A stretch of DNA of 64,000 bases from Octopus sinensis (taxonomy: Eukaryota), in the NCBI RefSeq assembly GCF_006345805.1, contig NC_043010.1:24676001-24740000 (forward strand), read 5' to 3'. Shown here in pieces: positions 12,156-25,039 of this stretch (position 1 is the stretch's first letter; each line of letters starts with the position of its first letter). Below the pieces are notes generated by a model. The model was not told where the DNA came from and did not search any database. It saw nothing but the letters and a program-made list of their open reading frames with translations. The translations under genes were made by a program, and so were the position numbers.

Positions 12156-12588
12156 TTTGATAACAAGTAATAATATATAGCAGTTAAATAGAACCAGTGC
12201 GTGTTTTTTATGTTTTTCTTTGTTTATTTTTTTTTAATTTGGCAAATGGCCCTCCCAAAATACGAACAAAATATGCTTCAACACATGATTTCGTATCAAG
12301 AATCTTGCAAAAACAAATCTAAAAATGGAATACTAGAAGGATTTCCTTCTAAAAAGGGCGGGCTTTGAAATCTCAAATAGAAAAAGAAAACAGGCTCTGC
12401 TGTGTGAATCACACGATATTAATTTCAATAAGGAAACTAACAGAAACATGTTTTTCTGTTGAATTAAATACTGAATTCAAAAGGATGGGTCTCTGATGTC
12501 GGTATCGAATTCTTTTCCATGAAATTCTCTACCACATTTACAGAGGCATTCTCTCACAAATACATACATACATACATACATACATACA

Positions 12589-12624
<36 letters not shown>

Positions 12625-12838
12625 TATATATACGGACAATTGCATTATATAAGTAATTCATTTGTTAATAGACGAAACCGCCGGTCTGATTTTTTATATA
12701 ATTTTCATCTGTCTTGCCCGCCTAATTGTTCTGGTGTCCGCTGAATTTTCCTCTAGAGAACATTCTTTTCTTTGTAGTTTGATCGTAGGTGATCTATTTC
12801 TAGCATACGGCCGACTACCTAGTAGTCTTGCCCTTTGA

Positions 12839-12940
<102 letters not shown>

Positions 12941-13550
12941 CTATAGTTTTCCTTTTTGGTAAACATTGCAAACTGCTGTATATTTTAGTTTTATGTGTGT
13001 ATGTGTTTATGAGTGTGTGTGTATGTGTGTGTGTATGTGTGTAAATGGTAAATGTGAGCATGTGAGGGGGTGTACGTGTATGTATTACATTGGGACTTGT
13101 AAGGGAATGCGTGTACATACGTATCAATATATGTATGTATTTTATGTATGTATGTCTGAGATTTTTTCCCCTTTTTTGCAAATTTCAAACTAGTCAGTAT
13201 CAAAAAAAGACAAGGCTCTTTTGTTCGAGCCACGACAGTTCTTGATGTTTGTAACTATGTGAAGGGGTTAGTGCATGCATATATAACAGCACATATATGT
13301 ATAGACACGTTATATGTTGGCGCATTCTTGCAATGGGTGGGCACATTACTTTCCTAACCAAGTGCTTATGATTCATCGCTCTTTATGTATGCATGTATGT
13401 ATGTATGTATGTATGTATGTATGTATGTATGTATGTATGTATGTATGTATGTATGTATGTATGCATGCGATTGCAGACATATGTTCATTCCAATGAGAAG
13501 AGAGCTGCAGAGTGCTCGGGCCTGGGATTGTATACAGTTACATATATCTA

Positions 13551-13930
13551 TTAAGTCATTCCATAAATAATGCGGTTTTTTAAACTTCTTTTATTTTTCA
13601 AAATTAAGATAAACAAAGTTCTTTTTTAATCTAAAATATACTCTCCTTCATTTTCTACAATGCTCTTCCATCTATCTGGTAGAGTTGCGAAGCCCCTCTT
13701 CCAAAATTCACTTGTCCGCGACGAAAAATACTCCTCCAATACTGTTTTGACCTCGTTTACAGAATTCATATCTTTTCTGTCCAAATGATTTTGAAGACTG
13801 CGGAATAAAAGATAACTAGACAGGGCAATATCCGACGAATATGATGGGTGGGGCATCGTTACTCATTCAAACTGCTCCAGCTTTTGGAATGTCATCCTTG
13901 TTATATGCCCATCAACAACAAGCCAGCCGA
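13551..13930 (-). mobile_element. Mariner (DD34D-type) 3' fragment with TIR
   Basis: MPHPSYSSDIALSSYLLFRSLQNHL..FWKRGFATLPDRWKSIVENEGEYILD. TIR-like end ATTAAGTCATTCCATAAATAATGCGG. Confidence 0.8.
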
Positions 13931-14984
13931 TACTAAAAATCTCTAGTGAGACGTCTTTATCAATGTACCTGAAGAGACCCAGACTCATGGGTCGAAACAT
14001 TTTGTACCTAATAAAAGTCTAATACCAGATACATCTCCTACTATCAGTTAATACTATTAATTTAACTGCCGCTGTGAAGTTCCTGAAGAAGCGCCAACGG
14101 AAGTGTGCCACAACTACAGATAACAACAGGTAGCCTAATCTGTGTCGGTACTCTTCTCAACATTTAAACACACTAATCGACTTATACTTATTTATCCAAA
14201 TTACTTATTTTCATCTATCTATATAGTACTAAAAACCCCTGGCTGCTTGCTTGCTTGTCTGTCATTTAATGCAGCGAAACTGGCGCATAATGGTAAATAT
14301 TAAGTTATCCCCTGAAATGCGAATACAAACGGAATAAAATAAGTTTCGCGTAAATCGGATCAGGGATTCCTGATATATGAGGATGGGATTTGGGGTATTC
14401 ACTAATACCCAAAACGGTGCATAATGGGAAAATGCTCGGAAAATAACATAACCCTGAAAGGGAAGAAACTCTAACTTTTCGATTAGGGACATGGTTTAAG
14501 TCTTCTGACCTGGGCTAAAGTCTTAGTGACTTTATCTTGCCAACGAAAACATACGAGTTGTTTTTACAGTAAATGTTTCCATTTTCGATTTTGTTCTTTT
14601 AATCATTTAGAAATATTTTTAAGTAAATGTCATTTCAAAAATACAAGTTGTTTGTAGAGTAAGTATTTATATTTTAGCTTTCTTTAAACAGACAGTATTA
14701 AAATTGTGAAATGATCTTTTTCCACAGGTTTTTTTTCGAGTGCAGTCAACATATCCGGTCTTCAAACCCGCCACAAGTCACTTTTTTTTCTCGAAAAGAA
14801 AGGGGTAGAGGGATTATGGGGGCCTCGGGGTTTCCCGGGAAACTCCGAGTTTCCCACCAACGGAGTTTTGCTTCGCAGGGTTTTTTTCTTTTCCAGGTTA
14901 CTTGGCATGCTTCAACGAATGTGACATCGAAATCACGCGTAAATGGCTCCTTTCCCCAGCAAAGGAAAGATTTGGCTGCTATTT

Positions 14985-15342
14985 GTAGCACGCTCTGCTA
15001 CCACGTAAAAGTTATTTGCGACAAAGGCCCCGAGATGTGAGTCATGCTTTCGACCCTCTTCCCACATATTCTGCAGAGGTTCATTGCACTTGTGTGGTAT
15101 ATATCCCTTTTCACTGAGTTGAGATTCAATGCCTGGTCCTGGGCAGTGATGATTAGGCCTTCGGTATTCTGTTTTAAGTCACCCTTGCTGACCTTCTTCC
15201 ATGATGCTTCCTGGTCTTTTAAGTTGTTTGTCTCACGGTGGATCTGACCATGTGATTCCATGCGGAGTAGGGTTTCTTCTCTCTCGTTGGCTGTTCTTGA
15301 TCGGAATTCATAAGCACTCTGAAGTTCATTTTTGGTAAATCC

Positions 15343-15404
<62 letters not shown>

Positions 15405-15520
15405 TTTGTCACGTGCTTTCACAGCACTACCGAGCGCATCTCTGTGTACCTTGGGTATGTGCTGTGGTTTGATGTAATGCTTTATTGTTACTGTATTATT
15501 ATTATTATTATTATTATTAT

Positions 15521-15556
<36 letters not shown>

Positions 15557-15770
15557 AGTAGTAGTAGTAGTAGTAGTAGTAGTACATGAAAACTCACAGT
15601 TCATTTGTCATGCTTTAAGAATCCTGCAGAGAATTCTTGAAGTTCCAAGCAATGCTGATTTTTGTAGGTGTTCTACCTTCACACTTGCACCAATCTTTTT
15701 TAGCCATGTTGGTAGTTGAGTGCTGATACTTCCAAGTGCACCAATTACTATTGGTATCATGTCCAATCAC
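14985..15770 (-). mobile_element. R4/Dong-like LINE fragments separated by (ATT)n/(AGT)n tracts
   Basis: GDLKQNTEGLIITAQDQAL..CRICGKRVESMTHI at 15261-14998. VEHLQKSALLGTSRILCRIL 3' end at ~15600-15760. Confidence 0.7.
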
Positions 15771-15960
15771 CTGACTGCTGTGGCTTGTCCCGGCCACTGC
15801 TTGACCAGGTTGAAGCATCTCTTATTTAAATTCTTGTGGAAGGGATACGTTCCAATGGTCAGTCTGTTGCCAGCATTTTCTGAGAGGCGGATTAGGTATG
15901 CCGTGGCTCCTAATGCTCATACGCGCAAAATACGCCATACACGTGATCACAAAACGCAAA
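15770..15960 (+). mobile_element. Tx1-type LINE fragment
   Basis: CPGHCLTRLKHLLFKFLWKGYVPMV resembles CLNSWLNKLERIVFRFLWKGGKPLV in the Tx1 element at 52.5 kb. Confidence 0.6.
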
Positions 15961-16130
15961 TTTCACAACTTATGAAATAAATACAGCAATGTCACTCGGC
16001 GCACTGCTTCAGGAAGGTCATTGCTAGCTCTCACTGTGTCCGCAACCTTGTGCTGCCATCTGTTGGCGCGCTACAGAACTAGCCCAGGAACGATTTGATA
16101 ATACCGCGCATATATATATATATATATATA

Positions 16131-16373
16131 TGGAGGTGCAATGGGCAGCGGACTCGCGGTTGTAGGATCGTGGTTTCGATTCCCAGACCGGGCGTTGTGA
16201 GTGTTTATTGAGCGATAACACCTAAAGCTCCACGAGGGTCCGGCAAGGTGTGGTGGCGATGCCTGCTGTACTCTTTCGCCACAACTTTCACTCACTCTTT
16301 CTTCTGTTGGCCTACACACATTGTGACCAGCGATGTGTAGCAACATCTGATAGCCTGGTCGGTCACGGTGATT
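16131..16373 (+). mobile_element. tRNA-derived SINE, third family
   Basis: GGAGGTGCAATGG..GGTTTCGATTCCCAGACC tRNA-like head with B-box, followed by a body unrelated to families A and B. Confidence 0.6.
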
Positions 16374-16383
16374 ACGGTTATAT

Positions 16384-16445
<62 letters not shown>

Positions 16446-16540
16446 ATTTTATATATATTTAGTCTTTGACTATTTTCTCTTTTCCACTAGGCCGCTGGTA
16501 GCGATAAATTTTTACTGAATTTTTTGCTACCCTAAATTGA

Positions 16541-16611
<71 letters not shown>

Positions 16612-17324
16612 GTGTGTGTGTACATATATGTGTGTGTACATATAATACAGATACATACATACATACATATAAATTTATACATACATACGATATATAATGA
16701 GTATACACATAACTACGTGCGCACGTGGCTGAGCGACGATGACGTTGTAAAGAAAGTCGAGGATGATCAACTGTTCGGAGCAGTTCGCTGATGAAGCGAT
16801 GTGAAGAAGTCTGGCACCAGCTGAAGTGTCTCACATACTTCAAGTGTGCAAGTCAAGTATATTGTTCGCAAACAACGGTACTTCTACTGCAGAGTCTAGT
16901 ACCTACTTCCTGTAGGTCATTGTGCCTATACCTACCCGTATATATGCATGTATGTGTGTATGTGTGTATGTGTGTGTAAGTCTTTATGTATGTATATGTG
17001 TATGTATGTGTGTATGTATGTATGTATGTATGTATGTATGTATGTATGTATGTCATTGTTGAGTTTTATTTCAAGATTTCTTGCCAATAAAGAGCCAGTT
17101 TCTAACCTGGATCCAAGGTTCCTTTATTGGAATTTGAACAAAATCAACAGGTATTTTTGAATGTATGTATGTATGTATGTATGAATGGAGGGATGGATGG
17201 ATGGATGGATGGATGGATATGTGCAGATTTGTCTGTTTTGCTTTATGTATGAATTCTTGTGCATATAGTTGCATATCTAGACATGCTAATATATATTTAC
17301 ATAATATACTTCTGGAAAGTTTTG

Positions 17325-17400
17325 CATAAATGGCGGTGCCCCAGCATGGCCACAGCTCATAAGCTGAAACTGGAAAAATCAAAATCAAAATCAAAATCAA
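17325..17400 (+). mobile_element. Isolated 3' tail of the CR1-group LINE family
   Basis: AAATGGCGGTGCCCCAGCATGGCCACAGCTC..GCTGAAAC plus (AAAATC)n. Matches the end of the LINE at 36470-36535. Confidence 0.6.
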
Positions 17401-17431
17401 ATATCTTTATAGTTCCGGTGATGGATTGGAT

Positions 17432-17700
17432 CTGTGGTGTCTGGGGAGAGTCATTTTCTTTTTGTGCCTTTGTGGTAAAATTTCCACTTATTTTTATTTT
17501 CGTTGCGTCTTGCAACCTTTTCAATAGTCTTGAAAAAGACTATTGAAAAGGTTGCAAGGTGCCACGAAAATTTTAGGAAAATAAAAATAAGGAATAAGTG
17601 GAAATTTTACCGGTGAGTGTGTTAAATTATAAGGCACAAAAAGAAAATGACTCTCCCTAGACACAACAGAATATGCTTCAACACATGAACTCACAAAACG
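17432..17700. repeat. ~240-bp imperfect fold-back with PLE-like terminus
   Basis: Arms centred on AGTCTT-GAAA-AAGACT (17526-17541). Outer ends CTGTGGTGTCTGGGGAG / CTCCCTAGACACAACAG. Continues as AATATGCTTCAACACATGA, also seen at ~12280 and in related form at ~3370. Confidence 0.6.
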
Positions 17701-18676
17701 AAATATTGGATCTGTAGTTTTTTGAATTAGCTTTCTCCTTTCTGGTTTTAGGCAGTGTGTTACATATCTCAGGACCCCAATAATTACAGGTATAAACCTG
17801 ATCTTGTAATCTTGATAGAGTAACTGTAGATTTCTCAGCGGTTAGATGTAGGTATTCTCTTTTTCTCTGATCTTCAGCTTTATATTAACTTCCGCTGGGC
17901 AGCGGATTTCTACAATTGTACACAGTTTCTCTTCTCTATCCCAGATCATCATAACAGGTATGTTGCGCTTACATTTTATTGAGGTTTTCACTAGGACATT
18001 CTACCAGTACCCCGTTTTACTATGAGAGGCTATGGCTTCTACCATATTATGGGTTCTTATTCCATTGTCCTCGGAGTTATCCTTCCGACGGATTTCATTG
18101 CATAGTTTCTTAGCAACCACGTCATGTCTCATCGGACAACTGCTTACGATGTGGGTGATAACTTTGGTGCCAACATTTTACTGCTTTTCCTGTATCTCTG
18201 TCACTCTTGTGCATCAGGTATTTGATCAATATTTCCTATTCCTGAATTGCAAACACATACCCTTCAAAGTGGAAGGTAGTAATCCGGTATGTATGTATGA
18301 ATGTAGGTATGTATATAATCCATAAAATCCTTGAAAAGAAAGAAAAATATCAAAAAATAAAAGAATTATCAAAAATTGCAATCCCTCAGTGCATTTTGGA
18401 CCACCGTATTATATATATATATATATATATATTATAATATATATAATATATATATATTATATATAATTATGTGAAATAGAAAGATGAATAATCTTGTAGT
18501 GGATTAATCAAAGTTTAACCGATACCTTAGTAGCAAAAATCACAGCAGTGAACAGCACGGTTGGAGGTACAACCATCTGGCGTTGCAACCGTGCGTTGGT
18601 GCGGATAATTGAAATTAAAACATTATTGGTGAATTGAAGAAATGGAGCTGAACGCAGATTGAACAGAAATCGTTTA

Positions 18677-18764
18677 TTTCATTCTACACGTGTTTCGAAA
18701 GGCACAAATTACCAAAATCCGATTGAATAATGGGACCATATTGTGTCTTCTCTTCAGGAAGAAA
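18677..18764 (-). ncRNA. Type I hammerhead ribozyme motif
   Basis: TTTCTTC-CTGAAGA-GAAGACACAA..TTGTGCCTTTC-GAAA-CACGTG-TA-GAATGAAA. Palindromic ACACGTGT stem III, GUA cleavage triplet. Confidence 0.75.
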
Positions 18765-19570
18765 AAAGGAAATCCGTTGGAAAAACAAAAACAGAACAGA
18801 GGCAGAGCAAAAAACAAATCGAACTGTGCTCCTAAGAGCCATGGCGAAACTGTTTATCAGTGTATGTTGAGAACCGGTGGCTGAAGAATTCAACAGGTCA
18901 GGCATCGGTCAACATGTGGGTGGGGGTGTATAGATGTTCTTTGTGACCGAGAATAAAGTTCTGACTATTTAAAGAATATTGGATGTTTTATAAGGGGCGA
19001 GAAAAAATCTACTTAGAGACGTGTGTGTGTGTATACTGTTCTATATATGTGTGCGTTGGCGTAGGGGTAGAAAACATTTTTTGTGTACGTGTGTGCGTTT
19101 GATCGTTCGGCTGTCAGTGGCTACTGCCGTGATAACCGTTGGGTGGCAGAAAGAAAAAAATAAAGAAATTATATATATATATTTTATGTTTTATGTGTGT
19201 GTGTTGTGTCATCTAAGCCTACCTTGACAAGGAAACCCCCCGCTGTGAAAAAACAAGCCCCGTTTGTCTTACAGGAGTAATTTCCCTTGCAGTGGTTAAT
19301 TGTAGATATCTTAAAATCTATTTCAGAATTGTTACCAAGGGCTATGGGTGCCGGTCTTATTTATGAACGCTATTTAAAGGCCAGATAAGTGTAACGCCGC
19401 CAATGGGGGCATCGAAAAGCCGACTGTAAGAGCCCGTATAGTTATAAATAGGGGTGTTGGGTTGATGGTAACAATGGGGGAGTAGGGTAGAGAGCCCCTT
19501 TAGCATCCCCAGCATCATTCCCGCAATAGCAGTACCACGGGCAGTAGCAATGACAGCACTCTGATAGATA

Positions 19571-20029
19571 GTGGAGAATCAGGGGTTTCCTATAGTTAAT
19601 AGTGACGTAGTGGAAAATAGAGTAGTAAGCGGCTGCAGGTCTCGGAACGAATATAGTGACAGGAACGCAGTTCTAATTTCAGAAACCAATCCTAGCAGAG
19701 TAAGATTCACGTCGGCGAACTCCAAGATCAAAAACGCCGTCTACCAATGCAAGGTTTACACGGACTCAGATGCCTTCACTTATATAGGGGCATCGTCCTC
19801 AAGATTGTCTTTGCGTGTCTCCAACCATTACGCAACTTTTCGGGACGTGAACAAGCGCCAGACCACGGGACTCAGTAAGCTAATATGGCGACTGAAGGAT
19901 GCGAACTTAAGCTATAGGCTGGAATGGTCAATTTTGTCGGTGGCCCTCCCATTTGATAGGGGCAGAAGACAGTGCAACCTTTGTGTCTCCGAACTCTTCC
20001 ATATTTTGTTTGCCAGAGGCCGGATGTAA
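19571..20029 (+). pseudogene. PLE-type GIY-YIG endonuclease domain, C-terminus disrupted
   Basis: NAVYQCKV..TYIGASS..LRVSNHYATF..TGLSKLIWRLK..LEWSIL..CNLCVSELFHIL. A TAAACGG duplication at ~20027-20040 truncates the frame relative to the 38.7 kb copy. Confidence 0.8.
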
Positions 20030-20709
20030 ACGGTAAACGGGCTTACAGTCGGCTTTTCGATGCCCCCATTGGCGGCGTTACACTTATCTGGCCTTTAAAT
20101 AGCGTTCATAAATAAGACCGGCACCCATAGCCCTTGGTAACAAATTCTGAAATAGATTTTAAGATATCTACAATTAACCACTGCAAGGGAAATTACTCCT
20201 GTAAGACAAACGGGGCTTGTTTTTCACAGCGGGGGGTTTCCTTGTCAAGGTAGGCTTAGATGAACACACACACACACACATAAAACATAAAATATATATA
20301 TATAATTTCTTTATTTTTTTTCTCTGCCACCCAACGGTTATCACGGCAGTAGCCACTGACAGCCGAACGATCAAACGCACACACGTACACAAAAAATGTT
20401 TTCTACCCCTACGCCAACGCACACATATATAGAACAGTATACACACACACAACGTCTCTAAGTAGATTTTTTCTCGCCCTTATAAAACATCCAATATTCT
20501 TTAAATAGTCAGAACTTTATTCTCGGTCACAAAGAACATCTATACACCCCCACCCACATGTTTGACCGATGCCTGACCTGTTGAATTCTTCAGCCACCGG
20601 TTCTCAACATACACTGATAAACAGTTTCGCCATGGGCTCTTAGGAGCACAGTTCGATTTGTTTTTGCTCTGCCTCTGTTCTGTTTTTGTTTTTCCAACGG
20701 ATTTCCTTT

Positions 20710-20801
20710 TTTCTTCCTGAAGAGAGAAAGACACAATATGGTCCCATTATTCAATCGGATTTTGGTAATTTGTGCCTTTCGAAAACACGTGTAGAATGAA
20801 A
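20710..20801 (+). ncRNA. Type I hammerhead ribozyme motif (right-arm copy)
   Basis: Same as the left arm with small indels: GAAAACACGTGTA has an extra A, possibly a homopolymer error. Confidence 0.65.
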
Positions 20802-20852
20802 AAAACGATTTTGTTCAATCTGCGTTCAGCTCCATTTCTTCAATTCACCAAT

Positions 20853-20936
<84 letters not shown>

Positions 20937-22529
20937 ATACACACACACACACACACACATAATATATATATATATATATATATCCGATGGAAAAAAGATC
21001 ATGAATCGACGGAATGCCAGTACATACATACGTACGTATGCATATATGTATGCATGTAATGTATGTACGTACGTGTGTATGTATGTATATATGTATATAC
21101 GTATGTATGTATGTATGTACGTACGTACTACGTGTGTATGTATGTATGTATGTATGTATGTACGTACGTATGTATATATGTATGTATATATACGTATGTA
21201 TATATGTATGTATGCATGTATGTACGTACGTATGTATACATGTACGTATGTATGTATGCATGCATGTATGAATGTACGTATGTATGTATGTATGTATGTA
21301 TGTATGTATGTATGCATGCATGCATGTATACAAGTTCGTCTTTGTGACTTATATATCTGAACCAGTTTCTTTCTTACGTTCATTTTCTTCCTTACGTCCA
21401 TTTTTTTTCTTTCTTACTGCTGTTTTCAAACCTCCCCCAATCATACTTTACCCGCCACATCCATCCAATACAATATTTGGAAATTCCTTTTAGTACTCAT
21501 GCAGCTACAGAAACAGACACGATTACAATGAAACTGGCACTTACTAAACAGAAGACCCTCAACACAGTCACTCGTTTTACGAGAAACAGCATCTTAATAT
21601 GCTTCAAATTACACCATACTGTTTAGCATTTGTTTATTTCATGTTTTATATTTGATTGTTTATTGTTTTTTTTCTTTTTGTCGAGGAAAGGATACATTAG
21701 ATGAATAAGTCTAGTCCTACATAAACTTTGAAAAGAGGAGAATATGATGTCTGGAATGCTTTTGATTCTCAGGGATCTCGATCAAGGATGGCTTGAGGGT
21801 TAAACGACATTCAACACAAGGTCAAATTCCTGTAACTCCACACGATTCAGCTTCTAGCAGTATAATTTTGATTTTGTTTTTGTTTTTGTACTCCATACAT
21901 GTTTTCTCTTTAACAAGAATTATTTCACGAAACCTGACCTTTTTTGTGTATTACACATTCAGATAACAATAAGTAAAACAACATAGTTCTCAGTTCTTTT
22001 GTTTTTTGTTTCTTGTTTTTCTTTTCTTTATTATCGTTATTTTGTTGCTGAATTTTTTTTTTAGTGAACATGTGACGTTCATCAGTTCCCTTATATCCAA
22101 TATTCCTAGTTTCTTTCTACAACAATGCTTATTATTGTATGCTTGTAATGTCAAAGATTGCCTGGCAACGATTTTAGCAATGTCGACAAAATAACATTCT
22201 GGAGTCCATTTTTCTGAAATCTTTTTAGCAGCTTTTCAGAATTAGCCTTCTATTTTTTTTTTTTTTTTTTGTGCGGTGGAGGGTTTTCGTTTAATAACTC
22301 CATAAAGAAAAGCCTTAACTTCTCATGTTACTAAAAAAATTATTAATGTGACACTCATGAGGATGCAGACACTGTTGTGTGGTTAACAAATTTGCTTTTC
22401 AGCGCCGTGGTTCAAGGTGCGATTCTACTGAGCGGCACTTTGGGCAATAAAAAAAGAATAACGGACAAAATTCCTTCTCGTGTTATAGAGATAAATTAAA
22501 CAGGTTTTTCGGGTTCGGTGGCGCATATA

Positions 22530-22715
22530 CACCCACCCCGCCGGGCAGGACAGATGTAAATCGCATGTTTACTCGTTTTTGCTGGGTGAGTGAACTGGAA
22601 GCAACGTGAAATGAAGTGTTTGGCTCAAGAACACAACGGGCCACCAGATCCAGGAATCGAAACCACAATCTTACGAACAGGATTCCAACATCCCTAACCA
22701 CTAGTCCACTGATAA
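22530..22715 (-). mobile_element. tRNA-headed CORE-like SINE
   Basis: TAGTGGTTAGG..GGTTTCGATTCCTGG head, then GTTGTGTTCTTGAGCCAAACACTTCATTTCACGTTGCT..CAGTTCACTCA. Confidence 0.6.
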
Positions 22716-22869
22716 ACGAATACACACACATATACTGAGGAGAAACGTAGAACTAGAGATGCATATATAGAAGCAGATGCATTTACACATTTATATAATT
22801 TATATAGATCGATAAAAATATTTTTAAGGTTGTTCTGACCGCGTAAGTTACAGTTTTAGAGTTACGCTA

Positions 22870-23700
22870 AAAGTCGTTTGACTTCCTTTACGAAATTAAT
22901 GCCCACGAGAAGAGCATGAACCACACAACATGCCATCTTCCCAAATCTGAATGTCGGGACCTTATGAAAAATAATTCAAGGAATAAAAGTGCAATAAAGA
23001 TTGTGTTGGTTAATTTCAGTCCATGCTACTCATAGCAAATCTATAATAAAAAAAACATCAACATCATCATTGCCCCCTTCTTTTAGGCATTGCCTATCTT
23101 AGACAACACTGTTCTATGTGTCCTTTTTTAAAGCAAAAAGCTGTAATTTTAGGGACATTTGATAGCCCTTTTTTTGAGAAAGTTGGCCTTCATTAACATA
23201 GTCGTGAATCTAACATTTTTTATGAATGGAGATCGGATCCTCTTCAGCCTGAATTCACTCGAAACTGAAATAGATATTGCCTTAACTCTCTTAGATCTCG
23301 GCCTCTTGAGTCTAACTTTACCCTCCACCTGAGTTCCTGAGCAAAAATAAAATAAAATAAACAGTTGTATACACAGCTTAAGAGTAACGATTGCATGTAA
23401 ACTAGTGCAGCGAATCCACTGCATCTTCTTTTCCTACGTGTGTTGTTTATCACCGCCTTACGGGAAATCCGGCAGAGATTACGTTTAACCAGTTCTCACT
23501 ATAGCAGGAATACGGCATGACAGAATTAAGTTCTTCTATGATTGATGACATAACTACCAGTAATATATTGGGGTCAATTCTGCTGATTATATCCGTTTCC
23601 AGTTTCAAACAGGACAGTGGTTTTAATCGATGTAATTGACAAGGCCCATGATGGCCGAAATGCATTTGGTGTTCTCGCTAGGAGGGACAATTTTTTTGCC
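22870..23700 (-). mobile_element. Highly decayed Academ-like (XPG/H3TH-domain) transposase remnant with an apparent intron
   Basis: Frameshifted motifs in the expected order: LFETGNG, ACTGGT..ACGTAATCTCTGCC (TGCDxxSAF-like), GKVRLK, YVNEG..KK, KGHIE. A GTAAG..TTTTGCTCAG segment (~23462-23337) separates the pieces. Confidence 0.4.
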
Positions 23701-23829
23701 TTCGTCTGATATATATTGTTTTTAAACAATAAGAGATATTATCTCGGACGTAAATTATAGTAACTTGCCTGTCAACGGTGTATATGTTAAGTATGATATA
23801 TAGACAGCTTTTATTATTAATTTTTGTCT

Positions 23830-24050
23830 TTTATTTGTTTCAGTCATTAGGCTGTGGCCATGCTGGAGTACTGTCTTCAAGAATTTTAGTCGAAAAAATC
23901 GACACCAGTTCTCATTTCTTATTTCTGGTAACTTATTCTATCGGTATTTTTCGTGGAACCGTTTAGTTACACACACTAACACCGATTGTCAAGCGGAGGG
24001 AAACAAGCAGAGATACAAAGGCGCGTACAACACACTCACACACACACACG

Positions 24051-24088
<38 letters not shown>

Positions 24089-24260
24089 CACATATATGCA
24101 CGACGGGCTTCTTTCGGTTTCCATCTAACAAATCCACTTACATAGCTTTGATTGGCCCGGGACTGTAGTAGAAGACACTTACCCAAAGTGCTACGATGTG
24201 GAACTGAACCTAGAACCATATGGTTGGTAAGCAAACTTCTTACCAAACAGCCATGCCTGC
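23830..24260 (-). mobile_element. SINE family A
   Basis: Family A head, internal (CA)n and tail. Confidence 0.85.
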
Positions 24261-24454
24261 GTATTGATTACTTACATTTATACAAGATCACAAATCTGCG
24301 GAGGAAAGGTATAATTAATGTAATCCGCCCCAGCTCTTGACTGGTTGCTTATTTTATCATTCCTAGGATACCCATAAAATTTTAGCCGTCACCTTCAAAC
24401 GATGATTATTTGATAGCATCTACCATATTTTTCACTAATTCCTACGTAAGCCTA

Positions 24455-24622
24455 GGAGTGGCTGTGTCGTAAGTAGCTTGCTTACCAACCACATGGTTCC
24501 GGGTTCAGTCGCACTGCATGGCACCTTGGGCAAGTGTCTTCTACTATAGCTCCTTGTGAGTGGATTTGGTAGACGGAAACTGAAAGAAGCCCGTCGTATA
24601 TATGTGTGTATATATATATATA

Positions 24623-24655
<33 letters not shown>

Positions 24656-24860
24656 GTTTGTGTGTCTGTGTTTGTCCCCACCCCCAACATCGCTTGACAA
24701 CCGATGCTGGTGTGTTTATGTCCCCGTAATATAGCGGTTCGGCGAAAGAGACCGATAGAATAAGTACTAGGCTTGCAAAAAATAAGTCCTGGGATCGATT
24801 TGCTCGACTAAAGGCGGTGCTCCAGCATGGCCACAGCCAAATGACTGAAAAGAGTAAAAG
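24455..24860 (+). mobile_element. SINE family A, complete
   Basis: GGAGTGGCTGTGTCGTAAG..GGTTCAGTC head through GACTGAAAAGAGTAAAAGAGTAA tail. Confidence 0.9.
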
Positions 24861-25039
24861 AGTAATTGTTTTAGGTGCCCATGTACTTGCAAGCAGACAT
24901 AGACCCTCTCCTACCCCTCCCATCCTGTGATCATGAAACATGCGACAGATGAAGGAGATGTCTGTACCAGCACTCTCTTGGTACACATTTTCAGCTGAAG
25001 AGACTGAAACAACGTGAAATGAAGTGCCTTGCTGAAGGT

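Larger units (their letters stand above)
17060..18260 (-). mobile_element. REL-type (R4-like) LINE 3' portion, interrupted by nested insertions
   Basis: HIVSSCPMRHDVVAKKL..MMIWDREEKLCTIVEI..REKENTY. Its coding end and 3' UTR are homologous to the plus-strand copy at 42985-43450. Confidence 0.7.
18465..20840 (+). mobile_element. Penelope-like (Hydra-clade-like) GIY-YIG element lacking RT, in fold-back configuration
   Basis: ~18620-19437 is the reverse complement of ~20036-20840, nearly identical. The centre encodes a GIY-YIG domain. Each arm carries an HHR motif. Both outer ends run into (TA)n. Confidence 0.85.

Noticed and set aside
18620-20840. A DNA transposon with long TIRs, or a group I intron homing endonuclease
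   Set aside because: The arms are unequal copies of the element's own 3' UTR, which is single-copy in the 38-kb relative, so they are not TIRs. No group I core was recognised.
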